The notes below the pieces were generated by a model. The model saw only the letters and a list, made by a program, of their open reading frames with translations. It had not been told where the DNA came from and did not search any database. Both the position numbers and the translations under genes were made by a program. Below are positions 49,680 to 58,465 of a DNA stretch of 64,000 nt, piece after piece. Origin of the DNA: a virus; IMG/VR virus record IMGVR_UViG_3300042691_048368, positions 30,998 through 94,997 of that record; one strand, 5' to 3'. Each line of letters opens with the position of its first letter. The stretch's first letter is position 1.

Positions 49680-50654
49680 TTAAAATAAATCTCGCAACTT
49701 ACCCATCAGAGTCATTCCCAAGATTATAGGATCGGTTTGTGATTCTAGTAAGTGGTGGTAATCGGAGACTATATAATTGACTTGAAATAGTTTTTCAATA
49801 TTTTCATTCTTTTCAGTGAATGAGTATTCTATAAACTGTTTACCAAACAAATCAAATAGATCGTGTATTTTGTCTTGCCCCCAATTGTTTAACAGAAAGT
49901 GATAAACATCCTCATAAGTCTTGGACTTGTCAAAAACCATATTGAATGTTTCGAGTTTTAACTTATTATTAGTTACATTTGATTCTATTGCGTTTCCTGT
50001 TAATTTATAACTATCTAGTGAAATGAGTATGGATCTAAAATCAGGAAAATTAGAATTAATAATTTTGACTAAATCATCTTTTTTTATGTCGAATTTTTCT
50101 GCAGGACAGATAACATTTTTTATTTTCTTATAGATTTCTTGTTTCAAAAATCTCTCCTCTTCATTGTTAAGACAATCGAAGTTTACTTCAATCAATCTAG
50201 ATCTAATTCCTTGAGAAACTTTATTTATATGATTCGTTGTGAAAATAAATCTGACATTTTTTTTTGAATATTCTTCAATGTATGCTTTCAAAGCATCTTG
50301 GTATTGAATGGAAGTCCTATCAAATTCATCTAGAAAGACATACTTTATGTCATCACTTTTTATTTCATTTTCTAAATCGAACCCCATGTAAACTTTGGAA
50401 CAAAAATCGTCAATTTTTGTTCTCAATGTGTCTATAGATGTGTAGAAGGAACTGTTTATTTCCAAAAAGGGTTTATCTTTTGTGTATTTTCCAATCAAAA
50501 TCCTCGAAAGTGTTGTTTTGCCAGTACCAAAACTACCATATAAAATATAATTATTGGTTAAGCCATTTGTAAATAATTGTTTTATTCTTGGTAGTAGAAT
50601 TATATCATCAAGGTTTTGGGGTCTCCATCTTTCAGAAAGTAACAAATTTTTCAT
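49680..50654 (-). CDS. Sliding clamp loader AAA+ subunit (gp44/RFC-like)
   Basis: ERWRP, GSFGTGKTT, LDEFD, IRSR and FPDFR. Confidence 0.9.
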   Translation of the reverse strand: MKNLLLSERWRPQNLDDIILLPRIKQLFTNGLTNNYILYGSFGTGKTTLSRILIGKYTKDKPFLEINSSFYTSIDTLRTKIDDFCSKVYMGFDLENEIKSDDIKYVFLDEFDRTSIQYQDALKAYIEEYSKKNVRFIFTTNHINKVSQGIRSRLIEVNFDCLNNEEERFLKQEIYKKIKNVICPAEKFDIKKDDLVKIINSNFPDFRSILISLDSYKLTGNAIESNVTNNKLKLETFNMVFDKSKTYEDVYHFLLNNWGQDKIHDLFDLFGKQFIEYSFTEKNENIEKLFQVNYIVSDYHHLLESQTDPIILGMTLMGKLRDLF

Positions 50655-50720
50655 AGATTTGACTTATAAATTATACGAGATATAAAGTTTGAAGGCTGTC
50701 TGTTTATTAATATATACTTT

Positions 50721-51854
50721 ATGATAGGTGAAAGATTCAACTTTGAGGATGTCTTTTTTAGAGATTTGACGGTTTGTGTGCTTGATACACTTGAGGGAGA
50801 AGTCAGATGGGTGAATAAGTTTAGTTCTGGTGACAGAGTTGTGAATGTGCCATTTTATTACTCATTGACTGGTGACGAAAGATTTCTTTTGGATTCTTTC
50901 ACTGATGATATTGTTTCAAATAGTAGGTACGTCGATTTAAACACCGATATAATACCTAGAGGACATTTGACATTGACCAGTTATGAGATTAGGGGAGATG
51001 AATTTGCAAACCCTAATGTTTGGTTGAAAATGGTAATCGAAAATGAAACTGAAATTAGGAACATGCTCACCAAAGTTAGAGCAATTCCAATAACGGTTAA
51101 GTATGACCTTGTTATTTTTCTTTCCTCCGAGATTGACACATTCAAGTGTAGTCAAGCAATTATGGATACTCTTTGGCTTTACCGATTCATGTATTTCGAA
51201 CACAATTTTATGAATATCGATGCTGTTATGCAAATACCAGATTCGAATAACATTGAAATTAATAGAGAAAAGAATTTGACCTCTGATAATACGATAAAAC
51301 TTACAGTCTCTTTTGATGTGCAGACTTATTATCCCGCCTATAGAAAGCCGAAGCTCCCCGATACTTTGCCATTTACATTATCAACCAATTATATAAATAA
51401 AAACCTAAATATCAAAATTGATCTTATTTCAGGTGATTCTCAAGTCAGGTATTCCGAATATCATAATATGACTACCTCATCAGATGGAAGTGTGGTAATT
51501 CTGATTGGATCTGGATCTGCAATTAGAGGGAATTATTTGAATATAAATCTAAAAGAAAATGGGTTGAAGATAAAAATCTTCATAAATACGAATATAGATT
51601 CCGAAAATTATGAGGAATTAGCATTTTCCGGTGATTTGGAACCGTTTTCTGATTCAAATGCAGATTTGGAAACGTTAAATCAGCTGTCGTCGAATTCATA
51701 TAGTTCGCCAACCCCTAATGGTGATTTCAGAGATATAATTATACTACCAAAAAGAACACGCTGGTATAATAATCTTATCAACACTAGGGGGGGTGGTATT
51801 AGAAGTAGAACTCCTTATAACAGTGAAAATATTAACAATCAAAAAAAACTGTAG
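50721..51854 (+). CDS. Tail completion/sheath stabiliser (gp15-like) with C-terminal extra domain
   Basis: VPFYY...ERFL...IPRG...PITVKYDL pattern. Confidence 0.6.
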   Translation: MIGERFNFEDVFFRDLTVCVLDTLEGEVRWVNKFSSGDRVVNVPFYYSLTGDERFLLDSFTDDIVSNSRYVDLNTDIIPRGHLTLTSYEIRGDEFANPNVWLKMVIENETEIRNMLTKVRAIPITVKYDLVIFLSSEIDTFKCSQAIMDTLWLYRFMYFEHNFMNIDAVMQIPDSNNIEINREKNLTSDNTIKLTVSFDVQTYYPAYRKPKLPDTLPFTLSTNYINKNLNIKIDLISGDSQVRYSEYHNMTTSSDGSVVILIGSGSAIRGNYLNINLKENGLKIKIFINTNIDSENYEELAFSGDLEPFSDSNADLETLNQLSSNSYSSPTPNGDFRDIIILPKRTRWYNNLINTRGGGIRSRTPYNSENINNQKKL

Positions 51855-51940
51855 AATAGTTTCGAAAACAAAAAAAATGGAAAAAAATCAATTTCAAATT
51901 GAATATATATACAAAGAATAAAAAAATAATACCTATTATT

Positions 51941-53230
51941 ATGAAGAATCTCAAATTGGAGTTATTCAACTATAGAAAAAACCTTTCTGTTGAAGACGTG
52001 CAAATATCTTCAATCGTTGAAGGTCATATCAACGCTTGTAATAACCTTTCTGAAAAACAAGTAATATTGTCACTTAATGAGCAATTGAAACAATATACTT
52101 TTGATAAATCTGTCAAAGCTCTCCTTGAATCATTAAATGATGATATGAAAGAATATCAACTTTTATATGAATTAAAGCATCTATACAATGTTTTGGATAG
52201 CAAAAATCAAGGTGAACTTTATAGACAACCAATCAATGTTTTATTACAAACAATTAATTTAGAGTCTGATCAGGATAGAATGTCTAAAATTCTTAACGAA
52301 TTAGCTGTTTATGATTGGGTACCTGAAATCAAATTATTTGTACACAATTTAGTAAAATCACCTGAGAAAAAGACTAATCTTTTATCTGGTGGTAAGGGTG
52401 AGTCAATATACACTGTAGTAGAACAAGTTGAAGATGGATATTGTTGTTTAGTTAGAGATTCTTGGTTTATATTGACTGAGAACAATATCGAGAAAACTCT
52501 CCTTGAAAATCATGTAAATGATCCAGAGAAGTTAAAAACTCTTAGAAACCTTGAGATCGGTATGAGATTTGCTTCAATGAGCAAGGACAGAATAAATTTC
52601 AGAATATCCGAGAATTTAACAATTGGACTTTCTACAAATAAAAAAGGTATCATTTTCATCAACGATGACGAGATGAATAAAGAAACTACTCTCGAAAGTT
52701 TATTTGCTTCTCCAATTATTCCAATAGTTAATAAGAATTTCTATCCAATTTTACTTGAGACTTCTCATAACTTGAATAAATTTGTTGAAATGGACGTGGT
52801 GAAAAGAGTTTCGAACTTGATCAACCCACATCTAGAAGTTTTTGCATTTAACTATAAAAATGCTATCTATTTATATAGATGTGATGAAAGATATGGCAAT
52901 TCGTTCTTTAAATATGAATCAGCTCTTGAATTAGTAAATGAAGTTAGAAATGAACTAAACTATGATTTAACATATTTCTATGAGAACAATCTTAGCAAAG
53001 AAATGATCACAAAGAGAAAGTTAGAAGATAAAGAAAGAGAAATCACATTGAAACTAGAAGATGTAGAACTGAATATCGGTAAAATTGAAAACTCAATCAG
53101 AATGATCGGTGAATCAAATACATTAACAATAGCTCTTGGCAATTTGAAGAAAAGAAGGGATGCGCTTGAAGAGGAAATATTAGCTGTAAGAGAATTACAA
53201 TATAGAGAAAGAGAAAAAGAAAGAATCTAA
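51941..53230 (+). CDS. Hypothetical protein with C-terminal coiled coil, possible head protein
   Basis: Many [IL]-x-E sites (LSE, LNE, LLE). Start reassigned to ATG 51941. Confidence 0.55.
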   Translation: MKNLKLELFNYRKNLSVEDVQISSIVEGHINACNNLSEKQVILSLNEQLKQYTFDKSVKALLESLNDDMKEYQLLYELKHLYNVLDSKNQGELYRQPINVLLQTINLESDQDRMSKILNELAVYDWVPEIKLFVHNLVKSPEKKTNLLSGGKGESIYTVVEQVEDGYCCLVRDSWFILTENNIEKTLLENHVNDPEKLKTLRNLEIGMRFASMSKDRINFRISENLTIGLSTNKKGIIFINDDEMNKETTLESLFASPIIPIVNKNFYPILLETSHNLNKFVEMDVVKRVSNLINPHLEVFAFNYKNAIYLYRCDERYGNSFFKYESALELVNEVRNELNYDLTYFYENNLSKEMITKRKLEDKEREITLKLEDVELNIGKIENSIRMIGESNTLTIALGNLKKRRDALEEEILAVRELQYREREKERI

Positions 53231-53233
53231 TAT

Positions 53234-53260
53234 AAAAAACCCTCGAAAGAGGGTTTTTTT
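53234..53260 (+). terminator. Intrinsic terminator
   Basis: CCCTC-GAAA-GAGGG followed by a T-run. Confidence 0.85.
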
Positions 53261-53339
53261 ATTAAACTAAATTAGTGGTAAATATATAACATGAAAGAAT
53301 TTTAAATCCAATCATGGATTAAAAAATAATTCAACGGCT

Positions 53340-53705
53340 ATTTACTTACATAATAAAGACCTTTATATCGAGATTATTGTCTCAAAGGCTCAGGGAAAAC
53401 TCACCAAGAATTGCAAATTAATGTTGGAAGTTCTTGCAAAAAGAACTATAAAAAAAATGCGTTATTATAATAACGATGATAGGATGGACTGTTATCAATC
53501 TGGATTATTGGATATGTTCTCAAATTGGCACAACTTTAATGAAGAAAAATCAGATAATGCTTTCGCTTACTTCACTGAAATCTTCAAAAGAGGATTAGCA
53601 AAAGGGTTTAATGAACTTTACAAGAAAAAGGGAGATAGTGACCACCAAATTAGATTGATCTCTATTGAGTCATCAAATGATGGAATGGGTTTACATTCTA
53701 TTTAA
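53340..53705 (+). CDS. Late-transcription sigma factor (T4 gp55-like), probable ATT start
   Basis: YLHNKDLY...GKLT upstream of the track ATG. D.MDC...NFNEEKSDNAFAYFTEI is the gp55 signature. Confidence 0.8.
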   Translation: MYLHNKDLYIEIIVSKAQGKLTKNCKLMLEVLAKRTIKKMRYYNNDDRMDCYQSGLLDMFSNWHNFNEEKSDNAFAYFTEIFKRGLAKGFNELYKKKGDSDHQIRLISIESSNDGMGLHSI

Positions 53706-53711
53706 TGAGTG

Positions 53712-53785
53712 TGGGCCCTGTTGGAATCGAACCAACCACCTACTGATTATGAGTCAGTTGCTCTAACCTACTAAGCTAAGAGCCC
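53712..53785 (-). tRNA. tRNA-Ile2 (CAU, lysidine type)
   Basis: GGGCTCT/AGGGCCC acceptor stem, anticodon loop CT-CAT-AA, T-loop TTCGATT, A discriminator. Lacks initiator features. CCA not encoded. Confidence 0.8.
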
Positions 53786-53789
53786 GAAG

Positions 53790-53863
53790 TAGACAGGGCG
53801 GGACTTGAACCCACAACCTTGACTGTATAAGAGTCCTGCGCTCACCTATTGCGCCACCTGTCC
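53790..53863 (-). tRNA. tRNA-Ile (UAU)
   Basis: GGACAGG/CCTGTCT acceptor stem, GCGC D-stem, loop CT-TAT-AC, GTGGG-TTCAAGT-CCCGC T-arm. Confidence 0.85.
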
Positions 53864-53870
53864 AAATGAG

Positions 53871-53885
53871 TGTACAAATATATAC
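53871..53885 (-). promoter_or_regulatory. Bacteroidota-type -7 promoter element (TAnnTTTG) overlapping an ATATATA motif upstream of the tRNAs
   Basis: Minus strand GTATATATTTGTAC about 10 nt upstream of the tRNA 5' end. Confidence 0.5.
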
Positions 53886-53951
53886 TAAAAATTCGAAAGA
53901 GTTCTAATTTTTGAAAAAAAACTTTCACAAAAAAATAATTTATAAAAAAAA

Positions 53952-54176
53952 ATGGGATACCAAGCTAATTACGAAGACGAACATCCATTGTGGAGAAACT
54001 ATATGGATAAATTGGGGGAAATGAACCCAAAAGAACAAACTGAATGGATGGAACAAATAGATCCTGGTGTAGAGCTACCATTTCCAACAAAAAGTTATTC
54101 GGCATATTCCGAAGAAGATTTTTTAGAAATGTTGGATAAAGATGAAGTGTTCAGAGATAAATGGGGTACATTATGA
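53952..54176 (+). CDS. Hypothetical acidic protein
   Basis: 74-aa ORF with an A-rich leader. Confidence 0.55.
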   Translation: MGYQANYEDEHPLWRNYMDKLGEMNPKEQTEWMEQIDPGVELPFPTKSYSAYSEEDFLEMLDKDEVFRDKWGTL

Positions 54177-54523
54177 TGAATTCTATTTTTTATCTTTGTT
54201 CTTTATGTTTCATTTGGGTTGAAATTTTTCAACTTAGAAATAGGGGGGACATCCACCGTTTGGATTTACAACAATCAAATCCAAAGACATGGATTCTCTT
54301 CTATATTTCGAAAATCGGATATATAATTTGGACATTTCTGGGGTTATTCACTGAAAATTATCCATTATTTGCTACTATAATGTTACTTACTGCTTTGAAG
54401 TTTTTGATTGTGAGAACAAAAAGTAATTTTTATATCAATCTTTACGATTTGATTTCATTTATTGCCACTGTAGCTTTACTAATATGGTCTAGTTTTTTAG
54501 GTGTTGCTCCGTTATTATTATAA
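54161..54523 (+). CDS. Hypothetical multi-TM membrane protein
   Basis: About four hydrophobic segments. True start may be ATG 54173/54176. Confidence 0.55.
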   Translation: MGYIMMNSIFYLCSLCFIWVEIFQLRNRGDIHRLDLQQSNPKTWILFYISKIGYIIWTFLGLFTENYPLFATIMLLTALKFLIVRTKSNFYINLYDLISFIATVALLIWSSFLGVAPLLL

Positions 54524-54995
54524 ATTCAAACCCTTTTCTCTCACAATATTCGATCATAGCTTTCCATTTGCTTAGATTTTTGTTATACATTTTTAGAGCA
54601 TATTCAAAGTTTTTCAACTGTTTAGCGGTTGGGTTATTAACAAGTTTTGGTTCGATTGTTTCTGAGTGTGGTTTTACTTCTGCTACAACTTTCGAAATCG
54701 AACCATCTTTTCTCATAAGTTCATAATAGAAGTCGGGATAATAGCTGTGTTCAGTAGTTCTGAATTCTTGTTTTTCTGATAGCCATTCTGTTTTAGTATA
54801 AGGTACTCTTAAATGTTCAGCACCCCAAAAAGTTATATTTTGGTTCATATCCAGATATATCATCATCTTTTGTTCTAGACCTGAACGATAGTATAAACCA
54901 CCCTGAGAGTTCAATTTTATTACTTTGTCTTTATTAGTTGGTGTATAAAGACCTTGTTTATACTTTGTTGGTTGTTTTGGTGCACTATTGATCAT
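54489..54995 (-). CDS. Head completion nuclease (T4 gp4-like, TnsA fold)
   Basis: KQG.Y.P.N.DK, YRSGLE, W.AE...PY, YYPDFY, EVKP and KW.A...YC...F.I.TE. Confidence 0.85.
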   Translation of the reverse strand: MINSAPKQPTKYKQGLYTPTNKDKVIKLNSQGGLYYRSGLEQKMMIYLDMNQNITFWGAEHLRVPYTKTEWLSEKQEFRTTEHSYYPDFYYELMRKDGSISKVVAEVKPHSETIEPKLVNNPTAKQLKNFEYALKMYNKNLSKWKAMIEYCERKGFEFIIITEQHLKN

Positions 54996-55012
54996 CGAAG
55001 ATTCCAAATTTT

Positions 55013-55024
55013 GAATATATATTC
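55013..55024. promoter_or_regulatory. Palindromic late-promoter candidate GAATATATATTC between divergent gp4- and gp2-like genes
   Basis: Perfect 12-bp palindrome containing AATATATA on both strands. Confidence 0.6.
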
Positions 55025-55039
55025 TAAATAACTAACCTT

Positions 55040-55738
55040 ATGGGACTTTTGTTAGAAAGAATAAAACTTAGCAATCTTGTAAATGGTGACGGAATAGCCG
55101 ATAACTATAAAAAGAATTCTCTTTATTTTTATGAAAAATTTAGAAAATCTGATCATGAAGTTCAATCGGTAGCTTTATCTAAAATACAAGCGGGTAGATT
55201 TTACTTCTTCCACTATTTAGATGACTCGAATTGGATGAAATACTCACCTGTTTTTGTTATAAGTATTAAAAAGTTCGAAAACTTACAAATTATAATGGCA
55301 ATAAATATGAATTTTGTACCATTGGAAGTAAGGACTTCGGTGTTTGATAATGTTATAGTTGAGCAGAACTTTGAAAAAGATGAACCTTTGAATGTGGATT
55401 TTAACGGTGTCTACCAAAGACTGAGGAAATATGGATTCGAATATTCAATTTGTGAGTATAATTTGGCTCAAGTTAAATTGTGTCACAAAATAAACATGGA
55501 CTCGGTTCCGAGGTTTTTATATTCTGGACATCCAAAAAATAAATATGATGCCAGAAAACTCTACAGTATATGGAAAGCGAAACTGAAGACTAGAGATAAA
55601 AGAGATGCTGAGATGTCTTCTTCTTTAATAAAAGATTTTTTCGATGTCACTGATGATATATCGAACAATTATGAAGTATTGAGAGGTCATATACAGAGAC
55701 TGCAAAGTAGTCTTGAAAAATATGGCAGACAAAGTTAA
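55040..55738 (+). CDS. DNA end-protector protein (T4 gp2-like)
   Basis: GRFYFFHY...SPVF...AINMNFVP, next to the gp4-like gene. Confidence 0.6.
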   Translation: MGLLLERIKLSNLVNGDGIADNYKKNSLYFYEKFRKSDHEVQSVALSKIQAGRFYFFHYLDDSNWMKYSPVFVISIKKFENLQIIMAINMNFVPLEVRTSVFDNVIVEQNFEKDEPLNVDFNGVYQRLRKYGFEYSICEYNLAQVKLCHKINMDSVPRFLYSGHPKNKYDARKLYSIWKAKLKTRDKRDAEMSSSLIKDFFDVTDDISNNYEVLRGHIQRLQSSLEKYGRQS

Positions 55739-55775
55739 TATATAACACTATAACAATAAAATATTAATTTTTTTA

Positions 55776-57506
55776 ATGGCCGCTTATAATCCTTTGAATA
55801 ATCAAAATCAAAACCAAACGAATTTATCTTCTGCTGTTGAGAATAAAGGTTTATTCAATAGGCTACTGAGAAATCTATCAAATTTCGGTATGAAATATGA
55901 TGATATGATTCTCAGAAACACAGTTGGTGTTGGTATAAACGAAGACCCCTATTCTGCAAAAAATAATTCAATGTATGACTTTTTCAGTCAGAAAGCGGTA
56001 GCCTCTGTCTTGAATAAGAAATCGATACCCTATCTCGATAGGTCATACGCTGATAAAAGAAGAATTCTAAGAGAATATTCAATAAAAGATGAGATAAGAG
56101 ATTTCGTGGCTGCTGTATCCGATGAGGCTATAATCTATGGAACAGACAAGGATTTCTGTTCACCCGAGCCATTGTCTACAGATTTTTCACAGGACATTAG
56201 AGACAAGTACCAAGAATATTTTGAGGTCATATATAATAAGTTTGGTTTTAATGATAATATAACTGCTTGGAACATGATGAGAGATTATCTCATTGATGGG
56301 TATGTGGCAATCGAAATAGTTTGGGATGATAAGAAGAAAAATATAATTCATTTCAACAGATTGAGGCCAGAAACTTTGGTACCAGCTTATGAACCAGCCA
56401 TCGGAAATCTTTGGATACAGTTTCCCGAGGATCCACAACTTAGGAGGATTTTTCTCGATTCTCAGATTGTTTTCATATCCTATTCGACCCAAAATGATTT
56501 TACCGAAACATCTTACGTTGAGGGTTTGATTAAACCATATAATCAATTGAAGATATTGGAACAGACAAAGATAATGTTTAATATCATCAATGCCACTGTC
56601 TATCAAAAGTTTACAGTACCAATCAAGGGTCTACCAAGACAACGTGCGGAAGAACAGATCGGACAATTGATAGCTGATTATTCTGAAGAAATTGAATGGG
56701 ACGATACACTCGGTACAGTATCAATTAATGGAAAAAAACATCTACCATATAATAAACAAATCTGGTTCCCCGAAGGTGACGCTGGAACTCCACAGATGGA
56801 ACTGGTGAGTCCAGAAGGTCACAATCTAAATGAGGACAATATGTTGACTTGGTTTTATAATGTTCTTAAAAGAGCATCGAAGATTCCATTTCAAAGATTT
56901 GATAAGGAGAATGGGGGTGGTACTGTATTTGATGATGCTGCTTCTATGACTAGAGATGAAGTCAAGTTTAATAACTTTGTTAATAGACTCAGAGCTAACT
57001 ATAAAGAGTTGATTGTGAAACCATTACGTCTTCAAATGTGTATGGAATTTCCAGAGTTGAAAGATGATGAGGTTTTTCTAAATCAAGTTGACATTTTATT
57101 CGTATCTAATCAATTATTCGAAGAATGGAAAAGACTTGGAAATCTAGAGAAAAGAAGTGGTATATTGAGTACTCTACTTGGTATACAAACGGCTGATGGC
57201 AAACCATACTTTCACATTGATTATCTCATGGATAAAATCATGAAATTAACACAAGAGGAAAAAGAAGAAAATAAAGCTTATTGGATTAAGGCGTCACAAG
57301 GTGGTGGAGCTGCTGAAGGTGGTGCTGAAGGTGGCGTTGAGGGAGGTGCTGAAGGTGGTATGGAAACTGTAGGTATGGAAGCTGGTGCTGAGACTGGTGG
57401 AGAAGCTGGCGGTGCTCAGGCAGCACCTGAAGGTGGTGCACAAGCCACACCGGAGGCTGGTGGAGCTCAAGCAGCTCCGGAAGGTGGAGGAGAATTTGAA
57501 TTCTAA
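55776..57506 (+). CDS. Portal protein (gp20-like)
   Basis: YLIDG, KPYNQLKILE, WFP, KIPFQRF and TRDEVKFNNFVNRLR. G/A/E-rich tail. Confidence 0.9.
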   Translation: MAAYNPLNNQNQNQTNLSSAVENKGLFNRLLRNLSNFGMKYDDMILRNTVGVGINEDPYSAKNNSMYDFFSQKAVASVLNKKSIPYLDRSYADKRRILREYSIKDEIRDFVAAVSDEAIIYGTDKDFCSPEPLSTDFSQDIRDKYQEYFEVIYNKFGFNDNITAWNMMRDYLIDGYVAIEIVWDDKKKNIIHFNRLRPETLVPAYEPAIGNLWIQFPEDPQLRRIFLDSQIVFISYSTQNDFTETSYVEGLIKPYNQLKILEQTKIMFNIINATVYQKFTVPIKGLPRQRAEEQIGQLIADYSEEIEWDDTLGTVSINGKKHLPYNKQIWFPEGDAGTPQMELVSPEGHNLNEDNMLTWFYNVLKRASKIPFQRFDKENGGGTVFDDAASMTRDEVKFNNFVNRLRANYKELIVKPLRLQMCMEFPELKDDEVFLNQVDILFVSNQLFEEWKRLGNLEKRSGILSTLLGIQTADGKPYFHIDYLMDKIMKLTQEEKEENKAYWIKASQGGGAAEGGAEGGVEGGAEGGMETVGMEAGAETGGEAGGAQAAPEGGAQATPEAGGAQAAPEGGGEFEF

Positions 57507-57907
57507 GGTTTATTTTTCCTTGCTAAGATCTCTTTCGATTTGGACGGGTTATCAACACCAAATTTTTCGATCATTGTCTTTTCTATTCTTTTACGAATCT
57601 CTTTATTCTGTATTGGATATTCGACCCCCCAGTTCTGTTTGAGAGTTGCTTTTCGTTTGGATTCTGAACATTTGCGACAATAGTATTCTCCCCATCTATT
57701 ATTATACCGTACATAGTTTTTGAATAGTACATCTTTTTCTGTACCACAACCATCGCATTTACAAGTTATTTTATAATGGCTGCCTGTTGAAAGTAGTTCT
57801 ATTGGTATTTCGAGAGTTTCCCCAATAGTAACATCATAACCCAATTCTTCGTAGTATGAATAATTAGATTCATTTATTTTTATCAATATTTCTCTAGTGA
57901 GGATCAT
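57503..57907 (-). CDS. Zn-ribbon protein with endonuclease-associated DNA-binding repeats (no nuclease domain)
   Basis: CKCDGC...CRKC, WGVEYP and FGVDNPSK repeats. Confidence 0.55.
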   Translation of the reverse strand: MILTREILIKINESNYSYYEELGYDVTIGETLEIPIELLSTGSHYKITCKCDGCGTEKDVLFKNYVRYNNRWGEYYCRKCSESKRKATLKQNWGVEYPIQNKEIRKRIEKTMIEKFGVDNPSKSKEILARKNKP

Positions 57908-57917
57908 ATAATATATC

Positions 57918-58343
57918 TTATGTTATATTGAAATCAATGTCAAAAGTTACTAACTGATATTCATCATCTTTTTCTTTTTTATAATAAATGGGTCTCAAAA
58001 TTCCCTTTTCAAAGTCAACTATGTCACCATATGGTGATGGTTCAATGTGTCCGTAGAATATTTCGTCTTCTTTTGATATACTTTTTATGGTGTGAGATAT
58101 AGCGTAAATATCTTCGTTACTTCTCCAATGTGATTGAAAAGTGCTTCCTGGTATTTCTGTTATATTTATTGGTAAATTAGTTTTGAATAAACTGTCAATA
58201 TTGAGTGGGGAACTTTCGGAATTTAATATATTATCAATAGAAAAATCTCTCTTGAGTGAAGAGGAATTTTTCAATAAAAAAATGACTAATTCCTTTTCGA
58301 AATCTTTAGTTTTTGGAAAAATTTTGACCTTATAAGTATTCAT
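57918..58343 (-). CDS. Hypothetical protein
   Basis: 141-aa ORF. Confidence 0.55.
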   Translation of the reverse strand: MNTYKVKIFPKTKDFEKELVIFLLKNSSSLKRDFSIDNILNSESSPLNIDSLFKTNLPINITEIPGSTFQSHWRSNEDIYAISHTIKSISKEDEIFYGHIEPSPYGDIVDFEKGILRPIYYKKEKDDEYQLVTFDIDFNIT

Positions 58344-58465
58344 TTAAATTTTTATAGAGTTCAATGATTGTAAAGTTTTCATTCGCTCCATAAAAAGTCC
58401 TTCTTGAAAAAAATGTGGTTTTTTTAAGACAATATATAATATACTCAAAAAATAAATCGCGATAA

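Noticed and set aside
54489-54995. Tn7 TnsA transposase
   Set aside because: Same fold, but the context (gp2-like, portal) and lack of TnsB/C or transposon ends indicate a head completion nuclease.
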